A stretch of DNA of 64,000 nt, from assembly GCA_028534125.1 (NCBI GenBank), contig CM052817.1, positions 4,962,001 through 5,026,000 on the forward strand, written 5' to 3'. This DNA is from Lama glama (Eukaryota). How positions within the stretch are numbered: the first letter of the stretch is position 1; each line of letters begins with the position of its first letter. Of this stretch, positions 12,986-26,485 are shown piece by piece. Both the position numbers and the translations under genes were made by a program. The notes beneath the pieces were generated by a model, which was not told where the DNA came from, did no database searches, and saw nothing but the letters and a program-made list of their open reading frames with translations.

Positions 12986-13629
12986 CAAGTGGCACCTCTG
13001 TGCAAACTCCACAAGCAGAAATGAAAACACCTCAAAAAGCATTTGAAGCCAACAGAATACAGATTTCCAAATATACTTTGAAAGGGAAATACTAATTGAA
13101 GCTGAATTTTAGCCATCTCAGTTGACAAAATGTTAGAGCCTTAAAACTATTCATACATGGTTTTGACTTTGGAAAATCCAGTCCAAGAAAATGATCTGAA
13201 AGGCAGAGAAAGGAACATGCACTAGGATGTTCCTCACAGTATTACTTATAATAGGAGATAAAATGAAAATAATAGAAACAAAGGAAAATAAAGTAAGTTC
13301 ATTTCATGTAATATTTTGAAATCACTACAAATTTTATGTAAAAATTGTTATCATTACATGAAAAATACAAACAAATCAAAGTAGTGGAAAGGTTGAGTGC
13401 AAAATTGCACTGTATAATGAATACATTTAAAAAGTACTTACGCAGAGAAGAAAAAAATCACCCCAGGAAATAGAGTAAAAATTAACATTGGTTTCCAATT
13501 AAAGTCAGGACTACAGCAGTGATTTCTGAACTCTTTCCATTTTTTTAAATTCCTGTATTAGTTTTATGAAAGAAAAAAATTAATAGGGATTCCAAACAAA
13601 TAAATGCCAAAAGATCAGGACAGACAACA

Positions 13630-14520
13630 CACATGTATTCATTCATTCACATATTAAGGCTGCTACTTACCTTCCCAGCAGGCACTGAGGCTGGGAATAA
13701 AGGGGTGAGTCAGAAAGACAGAAATCCCTGCCTTGCTGTAGTTTAATTTCAATGAAGATGCAAACAACAGTTAAGATAAATAAGTAAACCATATAGTAGC
13801 TAGATGGTGGTAAGCACAATATGAAATGTCAAAAGGGATGGAAAGTTGAAAGAAAAAAAGCAGAGACTCACTGATAAAAGACATTTCAGAAAAGACCTAA
13901 AGGAAGCTAGAAAGCCGGTCATGCAGCTATCTGGGGAGAGAGCATTTGAGGGAGTGGAAGCAGCAAGTACAAAAGTCCTGAGGTCATGTGGAGTGAACAG
14001 ACAGCAGCTCAAGAAATAGCAAGAAAGTAAATGTGGCAGGAGCGGAGAGTAAGTGCAATGGTCCTGAGGCAAGCATGAACCTGGGATATTCAAGGGCCAG
14101 CAGGAGAGTGATAGGAGAGTAGAAGATGGTGTCTGAGAGGTAACGGGGGTCTGATCAGGAAAGGCCTTAGAGAATCTGAGCCTCTGACTTTTTCACTGAC
14201 CACAGTGGGGAGCCACAGAGATAAGTTACCTGAGTCACAGTTTAATGGGCTGACCCCGGCTGCCCTGCTGAGACCTGGCTGTAGGGCAAACAGTCTGAGG
14301 CTGCTGCAATGATTCAGAGAAGATGCCTGGGCCAGGTAGGAGCAGGGGGACGGGTGCAGGAGGGTTTGTTGCACCCAAGTGAGGGATGAGATGGGGAAAA
14401 GGAATAGAAATGTCAAGGATGACACCAAATTTTGATCTAAGCATCTGGAAGAATAGAGTACCCATAATCTGTAGCTGGGAGCTGTTGAGGGGGGAAAATT
14501 CAATTTTTGACACATAGAGA
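13630..14520 (-). mobile_element. L2 LINE fragment
   Basis: attcattcattcac tail followed by purine-rich L2 antisense sequence (gcagctatctggggagagagcatt; gtcaaggatgacacc). Confidence 0.7.
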
Positions 14521-14529
14521 ACAAAAAAT

Positions 14530-15110
14530 GTGTAAAAATATGCTAGCCCACTAAGCAATAACAATCCCAATGTAAATAATGAGATTAAATATTTGCCTTT
14601 TTAATTAGCAAAGATGTAAAACACTCTAACTTTCTTTGCTTGCTAGGATGTGGTAAGCCAAGCACTGGAATACATTTTCTGAAAAGTAATTTGGGGATAA
14701 AAATCAAGACTCTAAGCAATGCTCATAAATTTCACCTTGTTAAGCTCCCTTCAAGTAATCTGTTCTAGGAAAATTGCAGAAAGTACAGACGAAGATTTAT
14801 GTATGCAGTCTACACGTTCTTATTTCTGTAAATAAAAAGCTAGAAAGAACCCAAATGTCCAACAGTGGAGATACGGTTGAAATATTATTGCGCACCCACC
14901 CACACAATGAAATACTGTGCAGCCATTAAATATTTGTACGAATTGTTTAAAACACAGTTTTAAAAGAAAATGGCAATATAAAATGTAATACAGTGTAATA
15001 TGGTGTTAAAAAAATGAATACTGAAAAAAAGTTTGGCAAGGAATCACTAAAGCATAACAGTTGTCTCTGGGCGACGAGAATATTTTTTCCTTCTCGTTGC
15101 AGGTTTTTCA
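14530..15110 (+). mobile_element. Old L1 (L1ME-like) 3' fragment
   Basis: aacccaaatgtccaacagtggag...aatgaaatactgtgcagccattaaa. Confidence 0.6.
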
Positions 15111-15231
15111 ACATTTTAATTTTAACTTGATGAGGAAAACCAACTGTATTTTTAATGAAGATGATTATTCTGCTCACAGGTAGCGATATAAAATGAAAGA
15201 CCCTAAAACCTGTGCTAACACCAATCCCATT

Positions 15232-15416
15232 TTTTTAAATTTAAGTATAGTCAGTTACAATGTGTCAACTTCTGGTGTACAGCATAATGCCCCAGTCACA
15301 CATATATATATACATTTATTTGTTTTCGCATTTTTTCATTAAAGGTTATTAGAAGATATTGAATATAGTTCCCTGTGCTATACAGAAGAAATCTGTGTTT
15401 TAATCTCTTTTTACAT
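15232..15416 (-). mobile_element. Very short young L1 3' end with 12-bp TSD
   Basis: L1 3'UTR sequence bounded by accaatcccatt at 15220-15231 and 15417-15428. Confidence 0.85.
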
Positions 15417-16104
15417 ACCAATCCCATTATAATGCTCCCTGCTTCGTGCTGGCTCTCAAAGGCAGAGAGAGCTGGGTCATCTGGGAGAAGTGGGCGGGCA
15501 GGGAGATTTGGAGGGGACTGAGGCCAGTCAGCGAAATTCTGGCCAGCTTGACTTGAGAAGCTGGGAGATGGAGGACTGCTCCCCAGATCTTCAATATCCT
15601 CCCCACTTATGACAGAAGGCACCCCGGATGAAATTTAAGACAGAGTGGACAAAAGCTACCAGGAGGTGCCAAATGGAATCTGGAACTTGGGGAGATTCAG
15701 ACCTAGGGCCAGGACCTCCAGAATTCCAGACTCCCAGAATTTCCTACTAGACGGCTTGTGGGAAAGGCAAGCCCTACTAATGTCATTAACTCCATTGTCA
15801 TGTGGCCTTGCACTTTACGTGGTTTAATTTTAGCCCCCACTTTTCACATCAGGGCAGATATTTTGTTGGGTTTTTTTTAGGCTGTGGCAGATACTATAGT
15901 TCGTCTACACTAATGCCATTCTATCTTCTCCATGGCAAGTTCTCGTTTTCTTTGGCCAGTCCAGGGGAGTGAACCCATGTTGATCCAGGACAAAAACAGC
16001 ATCCCAGTAATTTTTGGCCAATGATTGGTGGAGGATGCGGACATGTGACCTAGTTACAACCAATAAGCTGTGAGAGGAATTCTGTAAGTAACTTCCAGGA
16101 AGTA

Positions 16105-16627
16105 CAGTTGACCCTTGAACAAAAGGGGTTTGAACTGCATGGATCCACTTACACATGGATTTTTTTTTCAATAAATACACATTACAATACTGAAAGATCC
16201 TCGGTTGGTTGATTCTACGATGCAGAACTAAGGACATGGAGGGCCAACTGTAAAGTTATAAGGTTTTTTTTTTGTCTTTTATTTTTTATTGGTATGTAGT
16301 TGATTGACAACATTAGTTTCAGGTGTACTGCAACTCAGCTATACATATACATACATATTCTTTTCTTATTAGATTCTTTTCCATTATGTTATTATAAGCA
16401 GTTGAATACAGTTCCCTGTGCTCTACAGCAGGTCCCTGTTGTTTATCTGTTTCATATACAGTAGTGTGCATATGTTAATCCCAAATCCCTAATTTATCCC
16501 TCCCCTGCCCTTTCCCCTTTGGTAACCACAGTTTGTTTTCTATGTCTGTGAGTCTGTTTTTCACACAGGGATTTTTGACTGGATGGGGTCAGTGCCCCTG
16601 ACCCCCACGTTGTTCAAGGGTCAACTG
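16105..16627. mobile_element. Tigger2-type TcMar non-autonomous DNA transposon
   Basis: Terminal inverted repeats cagttgacccttgaacaa / ttgttcaagggtcaactg; TA TSD at 16103-16104 and 16628-16629. Confidence 0.88.
16263..16560 (-). mobile_element. Young L1 3' end nested in the Tigger element
   Basis: Poly(T) followed by L1 3'UTR (ccctttggtaaccacagtttgttttctatgtctgtgagtctgt). Confidence 0.82.
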
Positions 16628-16966
16628 TACTGTCCTCCCTGATAAGAGAGGTAAGAGAAGAAAAAGCCCTCTTTGCTCCTTCACTCCCTTCCCGCTTTGG
16701 ACAGTGTCACGTGGGGAGATACTGAAGTTGTGGCAGCCATCCTGAGACCCTGAGATGAGCGTGAGGTGGGGGAAAAACAAATGGGAAAAGGGTGGAGCAG
16801 CAGGACGGGAAGAACCTGGGTCTTCAAAGACAGTGTTGCATCCCCAGCCATTCCTGGTCCATTCCCGTCTGTACTTCTGGTTAATCACACAAGCAATGTC
16901 TTCACAGTTCAAGTTACTATTTGTTGAGTTTTCCATTACCTGAAGCCAAAGCATCCTACTGGATAC

Positions 16967-17466
16967 CGACAAAGATTCTCTCCTTGGCCAAGCTCTATTC
17001 AGCCTTCTCTGAAATTTTCATCTATGAAAAGTTAAGTTTCCATGTTCATCTCTGCACTGTCCAAATTTTAGCAAAAATCCTCTCAGCTGGCTTAGCTAGA
17101 ATCCCCCATCCTCCATATCAGATCACCCTCAGTATCCAACTGGGTTCCTCGTCCTCCACCATCCTCCAGGTAATGTCTGATCACCTTGGCCTGCCTTCAG
17201 CAAGAATCCTGTTAGTTCAGTTTATCCAGAATTCCCCCTTAATCCTGATGTTCCTCCAGGTAACTTTCCATCCCCTGACCCCACCTGCTCCTTGGCTTTA
17301 AATTCCCACTTGCCCATGCTGTATTCAGAGTGTAATCCAAGCTGTCTCCTCCCCTGCAAGACCCCCATTGCAGTGGCCCCTACACCTATTAAGATGCCCC
17401 TCCTGGAATAAAGTCTTCCTTACCATGCTTTAGCAAGTGCTGTTGAGTAATTTTTTTTCTTTAACA
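16967..17466 (+). mobile_element. MER31-like ERV1 solo LTR
   Basis: Starts (c)gacaaagattctctccttgg, AATAAA at ~17407, ends tttttttctttaaca; 4-bp TSD atac at 16963-16966 and 17467-17470. Confidence 0.82.
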
Positions 17467-19029
17467 ATACAATATCCTGACATAGAGTCTGTCTCAAAGT
17501 AGGCTTGGAACTGCTACAACGATGAGGGTCCTCCAGGGCCCTAAGACACCCTGACGTTAGAAAGGGAACCCAATTTCCTGCCCTCCCGGCAGCATCTTTG
17601 CTAAGGATTACATGGAACTCGGGTCGTTGTACAAAACTGCCAGATGTCTTAGACAAGGAAACAGGTAAGAGACGATCACTTAGCCTTGGGTGGAAGGAGA
17701 TAAGAGGTCTCAGAAAGAGGGCTGGGAGGTGCACCCAGAGGACGTCTGAACAACGGGTTAACCAGGGAGAGGTTTCATCTCCAGCGCCTGCTCTGGTCAC
17801 GGGAGAGAAGCTGCTGGGGGTGTCTCGGCGAGGACTCTGAAGCTGATCTGGGCTCGGTGGGTGTGGTGCCATTAGTTAGGGCCCTCGCAGTTGATTAGTT
17901 TAACTGGCACACAGCAACATAATATGGGGACTCCTGTGTATTCTGCCATGCTGTGTTCTAGCTGCTGAGTGTACAGAGAGAAACGTGGCGGACAAAGTCC
18001 ACACAAGTGGAGCTGATAGCCCAGGGATACAGCTCAGAAGGGCGGGAGTCCTCCAGTAAGACAGAGCCACTCATCTTGCGGGCATCACTGCAGATGGTGA
18101 GAAATGTGCAAGGAAGCACCCCTTTCTCTCTCCTTGCCTTTCTTCCCCCAGTGCCCTAGCCCTTTCATAACAATTCAAAGGAGAAGACAAAAACCACTGT
18201 GCAGTAAAATTTTACAATGAAGGAATACAGATTCCCCTTCTGACCCACACCCTGTTACAGAAAAGGTCCAAATGCCCTGTGATATCAATATCTCTTCCCA
18301 TGATTGTTGCCACTGTAACCGTGGTAAAGATTTACACAGGCAGTTTATCATCATTATCATCTTGTAACTTGTAATTACCATGCACAGGGTTCATCAACTT
18401 AAAATTCAACATCTTTTTAGCACATTTTCCCACAGCATTAGCTGCTAAGATACAAAATGCAGATTATGTCAGTCGAGATCAGCCTTGTGAATATGCAGTA
18501 TTTACTAGTGTGGTGTAAACCCCGATAGTCATTTGGTTGCTTTTTATTTTTTCTCTTTTTAATGCAAGTACCTGACTTTAGGTTTGATGGCTGAGGCATC
18601 CACTTCAAAGGCGGCTATCTCAAACAAACATACTGCCAGCCACAAGGCTAGATAAAGAGCTGGGCTGCCGCCCTTGACTGGGGCTCCTTTGTTCTAGAGA
18701 TCTTGGTTGATCCTGATAACGGACTATTTGGGCCACATGCTTCATTTTCTTTCTCTTCCCATACTTTAAATCCCCACTTTTATGTTTTAAACTCACCAAC
18801 ACAGAATGAGCCCGCAAATCCCTAGGCCCCGTCCTCAACTTCAGTGGAAGCGGACCCCCAGGCCCAGGTGCACTCTCTCTCCCTCCACCTGTGACCCCGC
18901 TGCGGGGCCCCCGTGCGCTGTGACTTCCAGCTCTTGTCAGTAATAAATAAGCATTATTCACTACAAAAATAATTTCAGTAGTGCACTAGAACTGAACTTG
19001 GTTATCATTCAATTTATCCAATGATAATC

Positions 19030-21950
19030 TTAAAAGGAAGAGAAAATAAAATTAGATACAAGGGTTAATCAGTGAAATGAATTAAAAGCCTATTCAGATA
19101 CATTTTTAATCAAAAACAGAATGGAAAAAAATGGGCAAATGTACAAAAAGGCAACTTTCATAGAGAACATATGAATAATGAATAAAGACCTGAAAAAAAG
19201 GGTTCATCTTTCTCAGGAATTGATATCACAAACATTAATGAAATCCTCAAGTTTCATGTCAAATCCATTTAATTAAGAAAACAGACTTATCAATGCTAAC
19301 ACTTTTGGGGAGACGTTCTGGTAGAACTGTTATACTTAAGCTGTGCTGGTGGCAACAAAACTTAAGAAAAATGTTTTGGAATGCCCGTGTCTTACAAGTT
19401 ACAAAGATATTCACACTCTTTATTTCAATAATCACACTGTTGAAATTTATACTAAATAAATAACTCAACAGTACACAGTTGATTTTAACATCGCAAAATG
19501 TTCATACAAATTCCCCTCGGAGTCCTGAGTTGACTCCCGAAATGAACGTGGGTTGGGCTGAGACTCCAAGGAGCCCAGTGAAATGACAGATGGAAAACGG
19601 AAAGAGGCGAGCAGAAATTTCAGCAACTTTGCAGTGTGCTCAACAGCACAGAGTTTGGAATTCAAGTTAAGCCCAGGAAGAGTAAGTCCCGAGTCCCAGA
19701 AGCAGAGGCTGCCCCTAGAACGAAAAGCAAAACCAAAAGATACCCTGCCGAAGCCCAAAATCAAGACTCCGCAGATCAAAATTAATAGCCAGTAATTTAT
19801 TTTCTTGGTGGAATAAAACTCATACTCTTCAGAGGAAGAAAGCAACCAAGTGGAAAACCTAGAACTGAAAAACACAATACCTGAAAGTAAAAGTTAATTG
19901 GATAAAGTGATGTAATATTCATAAACATTCCAAAATAATGCTAGATAACATTTATTGTGCCGGGAATGAATTAGTGCTGTACATGTGCCATCTTTTACAA
20001 TGCACCATCTACAACGTCTAGCATATAAAGAAAATTACTAGACATGTGAAGAAACAAGAGAATGTTTCCCACGGTCTAGAAAACAACATCCATAGAAACA
20101 GACACACATTAAGATGTTGAAATTAGCAGAAATACTAAATAGTGTATAGAAAAAATGAATATAGTGAATATACAAGCATATGAAGAATTTCAAGAGAGAT
20201 ATGGAAAACCTAAAAAAGCAAATGAAGATCCTAGAACTGAAAAGTATAGTTTGTTGAATTTTTAATTCATTTACTAGAAAGAGCAGACTGGACAATGCAG
20301 AAGAGTCTGGGAACCTGAAAACAGACCAACAGAAAAATACTCAGAAGCAAAATGAGAAAATTTATTTAATATACACAGAGAAAAAAAATGAAACAGACTC
20401 TCCACTAATCTGTGGAAGGCTGTCAAGTGGTCTGACATACATGTTACTGAAGTGCCATAAAAGAGAGAAGGGAGGGGAATATTGGTCCCAAGTTTTCCAA
20501 ATTTTACTTAAAACAATCCACAATCCAAGAAATTCTGTGTACCCTAAGCAAATAAGTACAAAGAAAATTACATCTTGACACATAAGACACAACTATAAAA
20601 GTCAAAGACAATACTCAAAGCAACCAGAGAAAAAAGACACATTAAAAACAGAAGAACAATTATTTGAATGATGGCTGACTCATCAGAAACAGCAGAGTCA
20701 AGAAGATAACGGAATGATATCCTTAAAGTGCCAAAAAAAAGTCAACTTAGGATTTGTATCCAATGAAAATACCTTTCAGAAATAAAGGTGAAGTAGAGAT
20801 ACTTCAGTTCAATAAAGGCTGAAATGATTTGTTACCAGCAGAACTACATTACCAAAGGGGTAAATGCAATTTTTCAGGGAAAAAAAAAGTGATATAAGAT
20901 AAAATTTTGAATCTACAGTAAGTACATTGGAAATCATATGCATGTAGGTAAATATAACATATTTTTTCTTCAAAATAATTGATACTTAAAGGAAAAATAA
21001 TAACCATGTACTATGAGTTTTATATCATACATAGAAATAAAACTATATGACAAAAAAGGACAAAAATAAGGGAATGAAATTACACTGTTGTACAATTCTA
21101 CCATTGTACCTGAAGTGGTAATTCAAAGTAGACTGTGATAAGTTAAGAATACATATTATAATTCCTATGGCAACTTTTAAAAAATATAAACAGGTTTAGC
21201 TAAAAAGCCAATAGTCAAGATAAAATGGAATATTAAAAAAATACTAGATTTACAAAAATTCAAAAAAGAAAAAAGAAGCAAGAACAGAGGAAACAAACAA
21301 ACAAATAGCAAAGTGGTAGAATTAAACCCAGATACATCACAAATTATATTAAACATAAATGAACTGAATATTGCAACTAAAAGGCAGAGGTTTTCAGATA
21401 AAGTAAAAAAAAAAAGGAAGATTCAACTATATGCTGTTTAAACTACTGCTTAAACTCAAAGACAGAGAAAATTGAAAGTGAAAAGAACAGAAAAAGATTT
21501 ACCATGCACACAGTAAGCAAGAAAAAGCTGCCGTGACTATATTCATAGCAGCCACGTTGAATTCAAGACTAGCAGTACTTCCAGAGATAAAGATGGTTTC
21601 ATAATGATAAAAGTGTCAGTTCATCAAGAAGACAAAAGCATCCTAAATGTGCACATGACCATTAACATATTTCAAAATACATACACATGGACAAAACTAA
21701 GAAGAATAGAAAGATTCACAATCAAACATACAGACATTAACACTCCTCTTTCAGTAACCAATTCAATTTTTCTTATAGCAGCAAAACTCATTAAGGATAC
21801 AGGGGATTTGAACACCCCTACCTGGCATTACTAGAACACTACACCAATCACAAAAGGATACGTATTCCTTCCAAGAGGATATGGCAGGTTGACCACTTGC
21901 CAAGATGTAAGTCTCAGTAAATTACAAAAGATGGAAAATAAACAGAACTG
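19030..21950 (+). mobile_element. Old L1 fragments (ORF1 to endonuclease region plus a 3' piece)
   Basis: A-rich degraded L1; ORF 21604-21834 MIKVSVHQEDKSILNVH resembles the ORF2 endonuclease. Confidence 0.75.
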
Positions 21951-24169
21951 GATGTGGAAGCCTGAGACGAATGACAGAGGTGGGTCTTTGAACCCCTGCT
22001 CAGATTTCTCAGTGTCTTGGTACTGAAATGGTAGGCATGAGACACAGGAAGACAGGACAGGAATGGAAGGACTACAGGTAAGAGGGTAGGTGCCAAGTGA
22101 AAAGAAAACAAGGGGGACTCCAAAGTGTTGGCCTTCACCACTGGAAGAATGTTATTACTATGGGAGGACGGGAAGGATCACGTCTGGAGATGGGGCAGGG
22201 GAACAGGAGTTCAACTGGGAGGCACGAAGAGTAAGATTCCCACCAAATACCCATGTAAAACTTTCGGGCTGGCAAGCGAAAGTTTAAGTCTGCAGGGCAT
22301 CGGTTGTGCCTAGGAAAAAAAAATGAGGGCGCTGTCAGCATATAATATGCTAGTGGTATTTTAACTAGCTCCTATTTCCAACTCATTTCAAACCAACATC
22401 GTATCTGAGACCCTGTGCCCTACAGGCCTCCACCGGAAATCTCTGTCAAAATCTACCACAAATGTTCCCGTTATTTACAAACAGATAAACACATCCAGAA
22501 AGTTGGGCAGTAGGGACATCTTCCCCAAAAGCAACGCGGAAGCATGGGCCAAAACACAAACCAAGCTGGCAATCTGCCTACCGAGGCCTGATTCTTGCGT
22601 CTTACTTGCTGGCTAGGAGAGAAGAAGAATCATCAGTTGTAAGCCTTGTTCTCCCCCTGTCCTTCACGCCACAGAAATTAGAGGGACTGGCAAACAGAAG
22701 CTCGGAAAGATTTACAACCTCAGTCTAAGACCAAGAGACCTCAGCAAGATGAGGAACACTTGCTATTTTCTGGAAGAAATAAAATCCCAAAGCAAATCAC
22801 TCTCAAATGCATCTCCAAAGCAAGCAGAGACCTGGTTAAGGCGTGAAAGGCGTGTTCTACTCAGCTCCCTCTGATGCTCCAGGGAGACTGACGGAGTGTA
22901 AGCTCTGGAGAGGAGGGTTCGGAACCTGCTGGAACTTGTTAAATACGACATGCAGCGACTTCTTGACTCTGTTTAAAAAGCATGCTTAAAATTAATTACA
23001 TTTCAAATGGCATTTATAAATATCTTATACCACTTAAGTGAATGGCAGAAAATTCTGCTGTGCTAGGATTTTGTGGAATTTGATAAACCATCTTGCCTGT
23101 AACTGGGAGCTCACCGGCACTATTCACAGGGTAAAGGGGTTCGATTGTTCAAATATCAGTAGATACATTTGTGTTTACATGTATATCTATACATAGTGAT
23201 GAAGGTAACTGTCTACACACACGCAAACACACACGCAAACGTACCCAAGTGTGGACATTCACGACCCTCCTCCTCTTCTTGTGGGTTTTTATACCATCTT
23301 CCTAGCCACCAATTTCTCCCCCTGCCAACCCATGCTTCAGTCTGCAGGCTCCATGAGCATCCTGAAATGGGAACTGGTCGCATCACTCCCCAGATTAAAA
23401 CCATTAGTGTCGCCTCATCTTCTACTAACGGGGCCAGCTTGCTGGGCAGGTGGTCGTACAGCGCTCTGCGCTCAGAAGGGCCCTGCACTTGGCCGAATGC
23501 TCTGGAGGTGCTGTCTTCCATCCTGGAAATGCCGCCTTGTAAGGGGTTATAACGGGGCATGCACGTGAGCAGAGCTTCCACATTCAGTGTGTGTGTCCCT
23601 CACTTCCACTTGGCATGTGCAGTGCTCCATGAGCAAAGGATTCTGGTGGAGGTTCAGCAAGACCCCGGTAAGTGTGTTCTGTCTACACCTGAGTAAGCAA
23701 GAAAACTGACAGCCCCTAGGAGACTAAACACTCTCCTCCAACCAGAAGTGACGTGCTTCAGATGCGGGAAGCAGCAACGGTGTTCTCAAGAGACTGCAAT
23801 GGCCGGGGAATCCTCTCTTTTCCTTCTTGTGTTATTTCCCCGTGCTGCCTAATCACCGATGCTGAAATGATGACACGGAAGAAAAGGCAAAGATGAGAAC
23901 CCCAGTTCCTCCTCCCTTCAGTCTCTCCTCACTCAGCAGTGAGCTGAGGCGGACAGGCTGGGTAGACCGTGCACACATCAAGTAGTGAAATGGAAACTGT
24001 TGAGTTAATTTTGTGCATTGTTTCCAGTGACCTGGTCAGAACAAAATACGTGTGCGTATACATACACTGTGTGAACTGTATGATCTCCCATGATTCTCCA
24101 CACAAGTTAAATGCTCTTATATTTCCATTTAAAACTGGCATTGTACAGTACAGAGATGAATGGTAAAAT

Positions 24170-24382
24170 TCTAGAGGATAATTTAAAATTTTAAGTGTTA
24201 TTTTTCTAGATTGCTATTACATAGCAGATTAAAAAACACTGTGACCAACCAAGGAAAAGAGACCATGGAAGAAAGAAAAGCTTTATAGTTTACTATCTTT
24301 AATAGCATTTTTCTGATTTTTGAACAAGGGACCCCACATTTTTATTTTGCACTGAGTCTTGCACATAATGTAGCCAGTTCTG
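24170..24382. mobile_element. MER91-like hAT-Tip100 element
   Basis: tttgaacaagggaccccacatttttattttgcactgagtcttgcacataatgtagccagttctg. Confidence 0.55.
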
Positions 24383-24424
24383 ACAACTTTGTGAATAAAA
24401 ATCAAATTCCTTAGTATACAGACA

Positions 24425-24765
24425 TGTGCAGATTTGTGTCCCCCCGAAACCTATATGCTGAAACCCTCGCTCCAAGGAGATGATGGTATTTGCAGGTGGG
24501 GACCTGGAGAGGTAGCTTAAATGAGGTCAGGAGGGTGGAGCCCTGAGATGGAATTGATGCCCTTTAGAGAGGCAGAGACTAGAGCTTTCTCCCTCCACCC
24601 AGTGAAGATACAAAAAGAACACAGCTGTCTGCAAAGCAAGAGAAGGTCTCACCAGCATCGTGATCTTGGACTGTCCCAGCATCCAGGACTGTAAGGAATA
24701 AGTGTCTGCTGTTTAAGCACCCAGTCTGCGGTATTCGCTGTGGTGACCCCGGGTGATGAAGACGT
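24425..24765 (+). mobile_element. MaLR (MLT1A-like) LTR
   Basis: tttgtgtccccccgaaacctatatgctgaaaccc...gatcttggactgtcccagcatccaggactgtaagg. Confidence 0.75.
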
Positions 24766-25119
24766 GCAGCAAGGAGCTCTAGGCACTGCAATGCCTGGCT
24801 CTGCCTAAGTCCCAGCCCCATCTCCATGGCTTTCCTCCCTCCTCCTCCAGCACCCCCGCTCCCCATTAACTCTGAACCGCCCTGTTCTCTCCACCCATCT
24901 CCCTCTGCACGTGCTGCTCTCTCAGCCTTAAAGGGCCTCCCCAGCCCCACCTCCTAGCTCTTTTCCTTCTTTCCCAAGTTACTTCTCCTCTTCAATGCTT
25001 CCTGTCCCTTCCGAGGACTGGCCTCAGGAACCGCCCCCTCTGCACACACTTCCTGGATCTGATCTGCAGCCTCCTCTGGAATGCTGCGTACAAGTTACTA
25101 CACAACGGTGAAACTCAGC

Positions 25120-25550
25120 GCATTCATCTCTCAGGGACACCATAACAAAGTACCACCAACTGGGCAGCTTGAAACAACAGAAATGAAACGACAGCTCTGG
25201 AGGCTGGAAGCCCAGCATCAAGGTGTCAGCAGGGATGGCTTCCTCCGAGGCAGGGGGGAAGAATCGGCCCCGCGCCTCTCTCCCAGCTTCTGCTGCACTG
25301 CCGGCAGCTTGGGGTGAGCCCTGGCTCGTAGTCCCACCACCCAGCCTCTCCCCTCACGCGCACATGGCACTTCCTTTGTGTGTGTGTGTGTCTGTCTTCG
25401 TGGTCAAATCTCTTTTTATAAGATTAGGGCCCACGCCAATGCCCTCTTTTTAACTTAATTACACCTGTCTCTCTAAATAAGGTCACCTTCGGAGGTACTG
25501 GGGGTTAGGCTTCAACAGCCTCATTTTCGGGGACTCAACTCAATCCACAC
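25120..25550 (-). mobile_element. MaLR (MLT1C/D-like) LTR
   Basis: cataacaaagtaccaccaactgggcagcttgaaacaacagaaat...aaataaggtcaccttcggaggtactgggggttagg. Confidence 0.75.
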
Positions 25551-26009
25551 CACCCTGAAGTCATTTTCTATTTTTCCCTCAAGTACCTAAGATGACAGAC
25601 ATTTTTTAAAAGGCAGGGGCCCAGTATCTAATTCTCCCTGAAACCCTACTCCAGCCCCCAAGCCCTCTGTAGGGGCTGCCAAGAGATTCAGCAAAAGGAC
25701 TCGAACGTGCTTGATGCACATCAGTGGCATCAACCACCAAAGAGGGGCCAACTGCTCCCCGATTGCTGGTTCCCCACAGCTCGCCAGTCAGGCTTCTCAA
25801 AACAGGCCTGGCACCTTACTGACACGTAATGAGGGCTCAAGCAAGGAAGCTTGGAGGGCAGAGTCTGTCTGAACAGGCTGTTTCCTAGGAGAATGGAAAT
25901 GAGAAATCCCTTGGGAGAACAGGGGTTGAAAGCAGAAATCACTTTCTTTTTCGGGCTGAATGAAGCAGCAGCCCTCACCTGACTGCCTCATGCTGCCAAG
26001 TGTCCAGCC

Positions 26010-26485
26010 AGGTGCCTTCCTAAGGGCTCCCCACTCAACACACATCACCTCACTCCGTTCCCATGGTGACCAGGCCAGACTGCATCCCATCTTCCAGAGG
26101 AGTAGACTGAGGCTCAGGAAGGTTAAGGCATTGCTCCACAGTTACCCAGACAAGACAGAGGAAAATCAGGATTTAAACCTGTGTGACCCCAAATCTGTGT
26201 TTTAACCTCTCTGTCTGACCTTCAGTCGCAAAGTTTAATCTTATTTAATAAACCTCACACAGCACTTAATCTGTGCCAGACTAGGTAGTGAGTATTTTAC
26301 ATACAGTAACTCATTTACTCCTCAGAATCTTTTATGAAGTAAGGGTTAAGCCTCATTTTACAGATGAACTGAGGGTCAGGGAGGGGAAGAAACTTACTTG
26401 AGGTCACGCAGCTAGTCAGTGGCAGAGCCAGCGTGAAACTGCAGGCAGTCTGACTCCAGCGTCTAGGCTCCTAACCACTGTGCTA
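26010..26485 (-). mobile_element. Two adjacent MIR SINEs
   Basis: actgaggctcaggaaggttaagg (~26110) and cattttacagatgaactgaggg (~26355). Confidence 0.65.

Larger units (their letters stand above)
15882..16965 (+). mobile_element. MaLR (MLT1-type) LTR split by a Tigger element
   Basis: catgtgacctagttacaaccaataag before the Tigger; gcagccatcctgagaccctgag and ttccattacctgaagccaaagcatcctactggatac after it. Confidence 0.65.

Noticed and set aside
23665..23673. Strong plus-strand donor CCG|GTAAGT suggesting an antisense exon
   Set aside because: A single motif with no supporting acceptor or coding signal; expected by chance in 64 kb.
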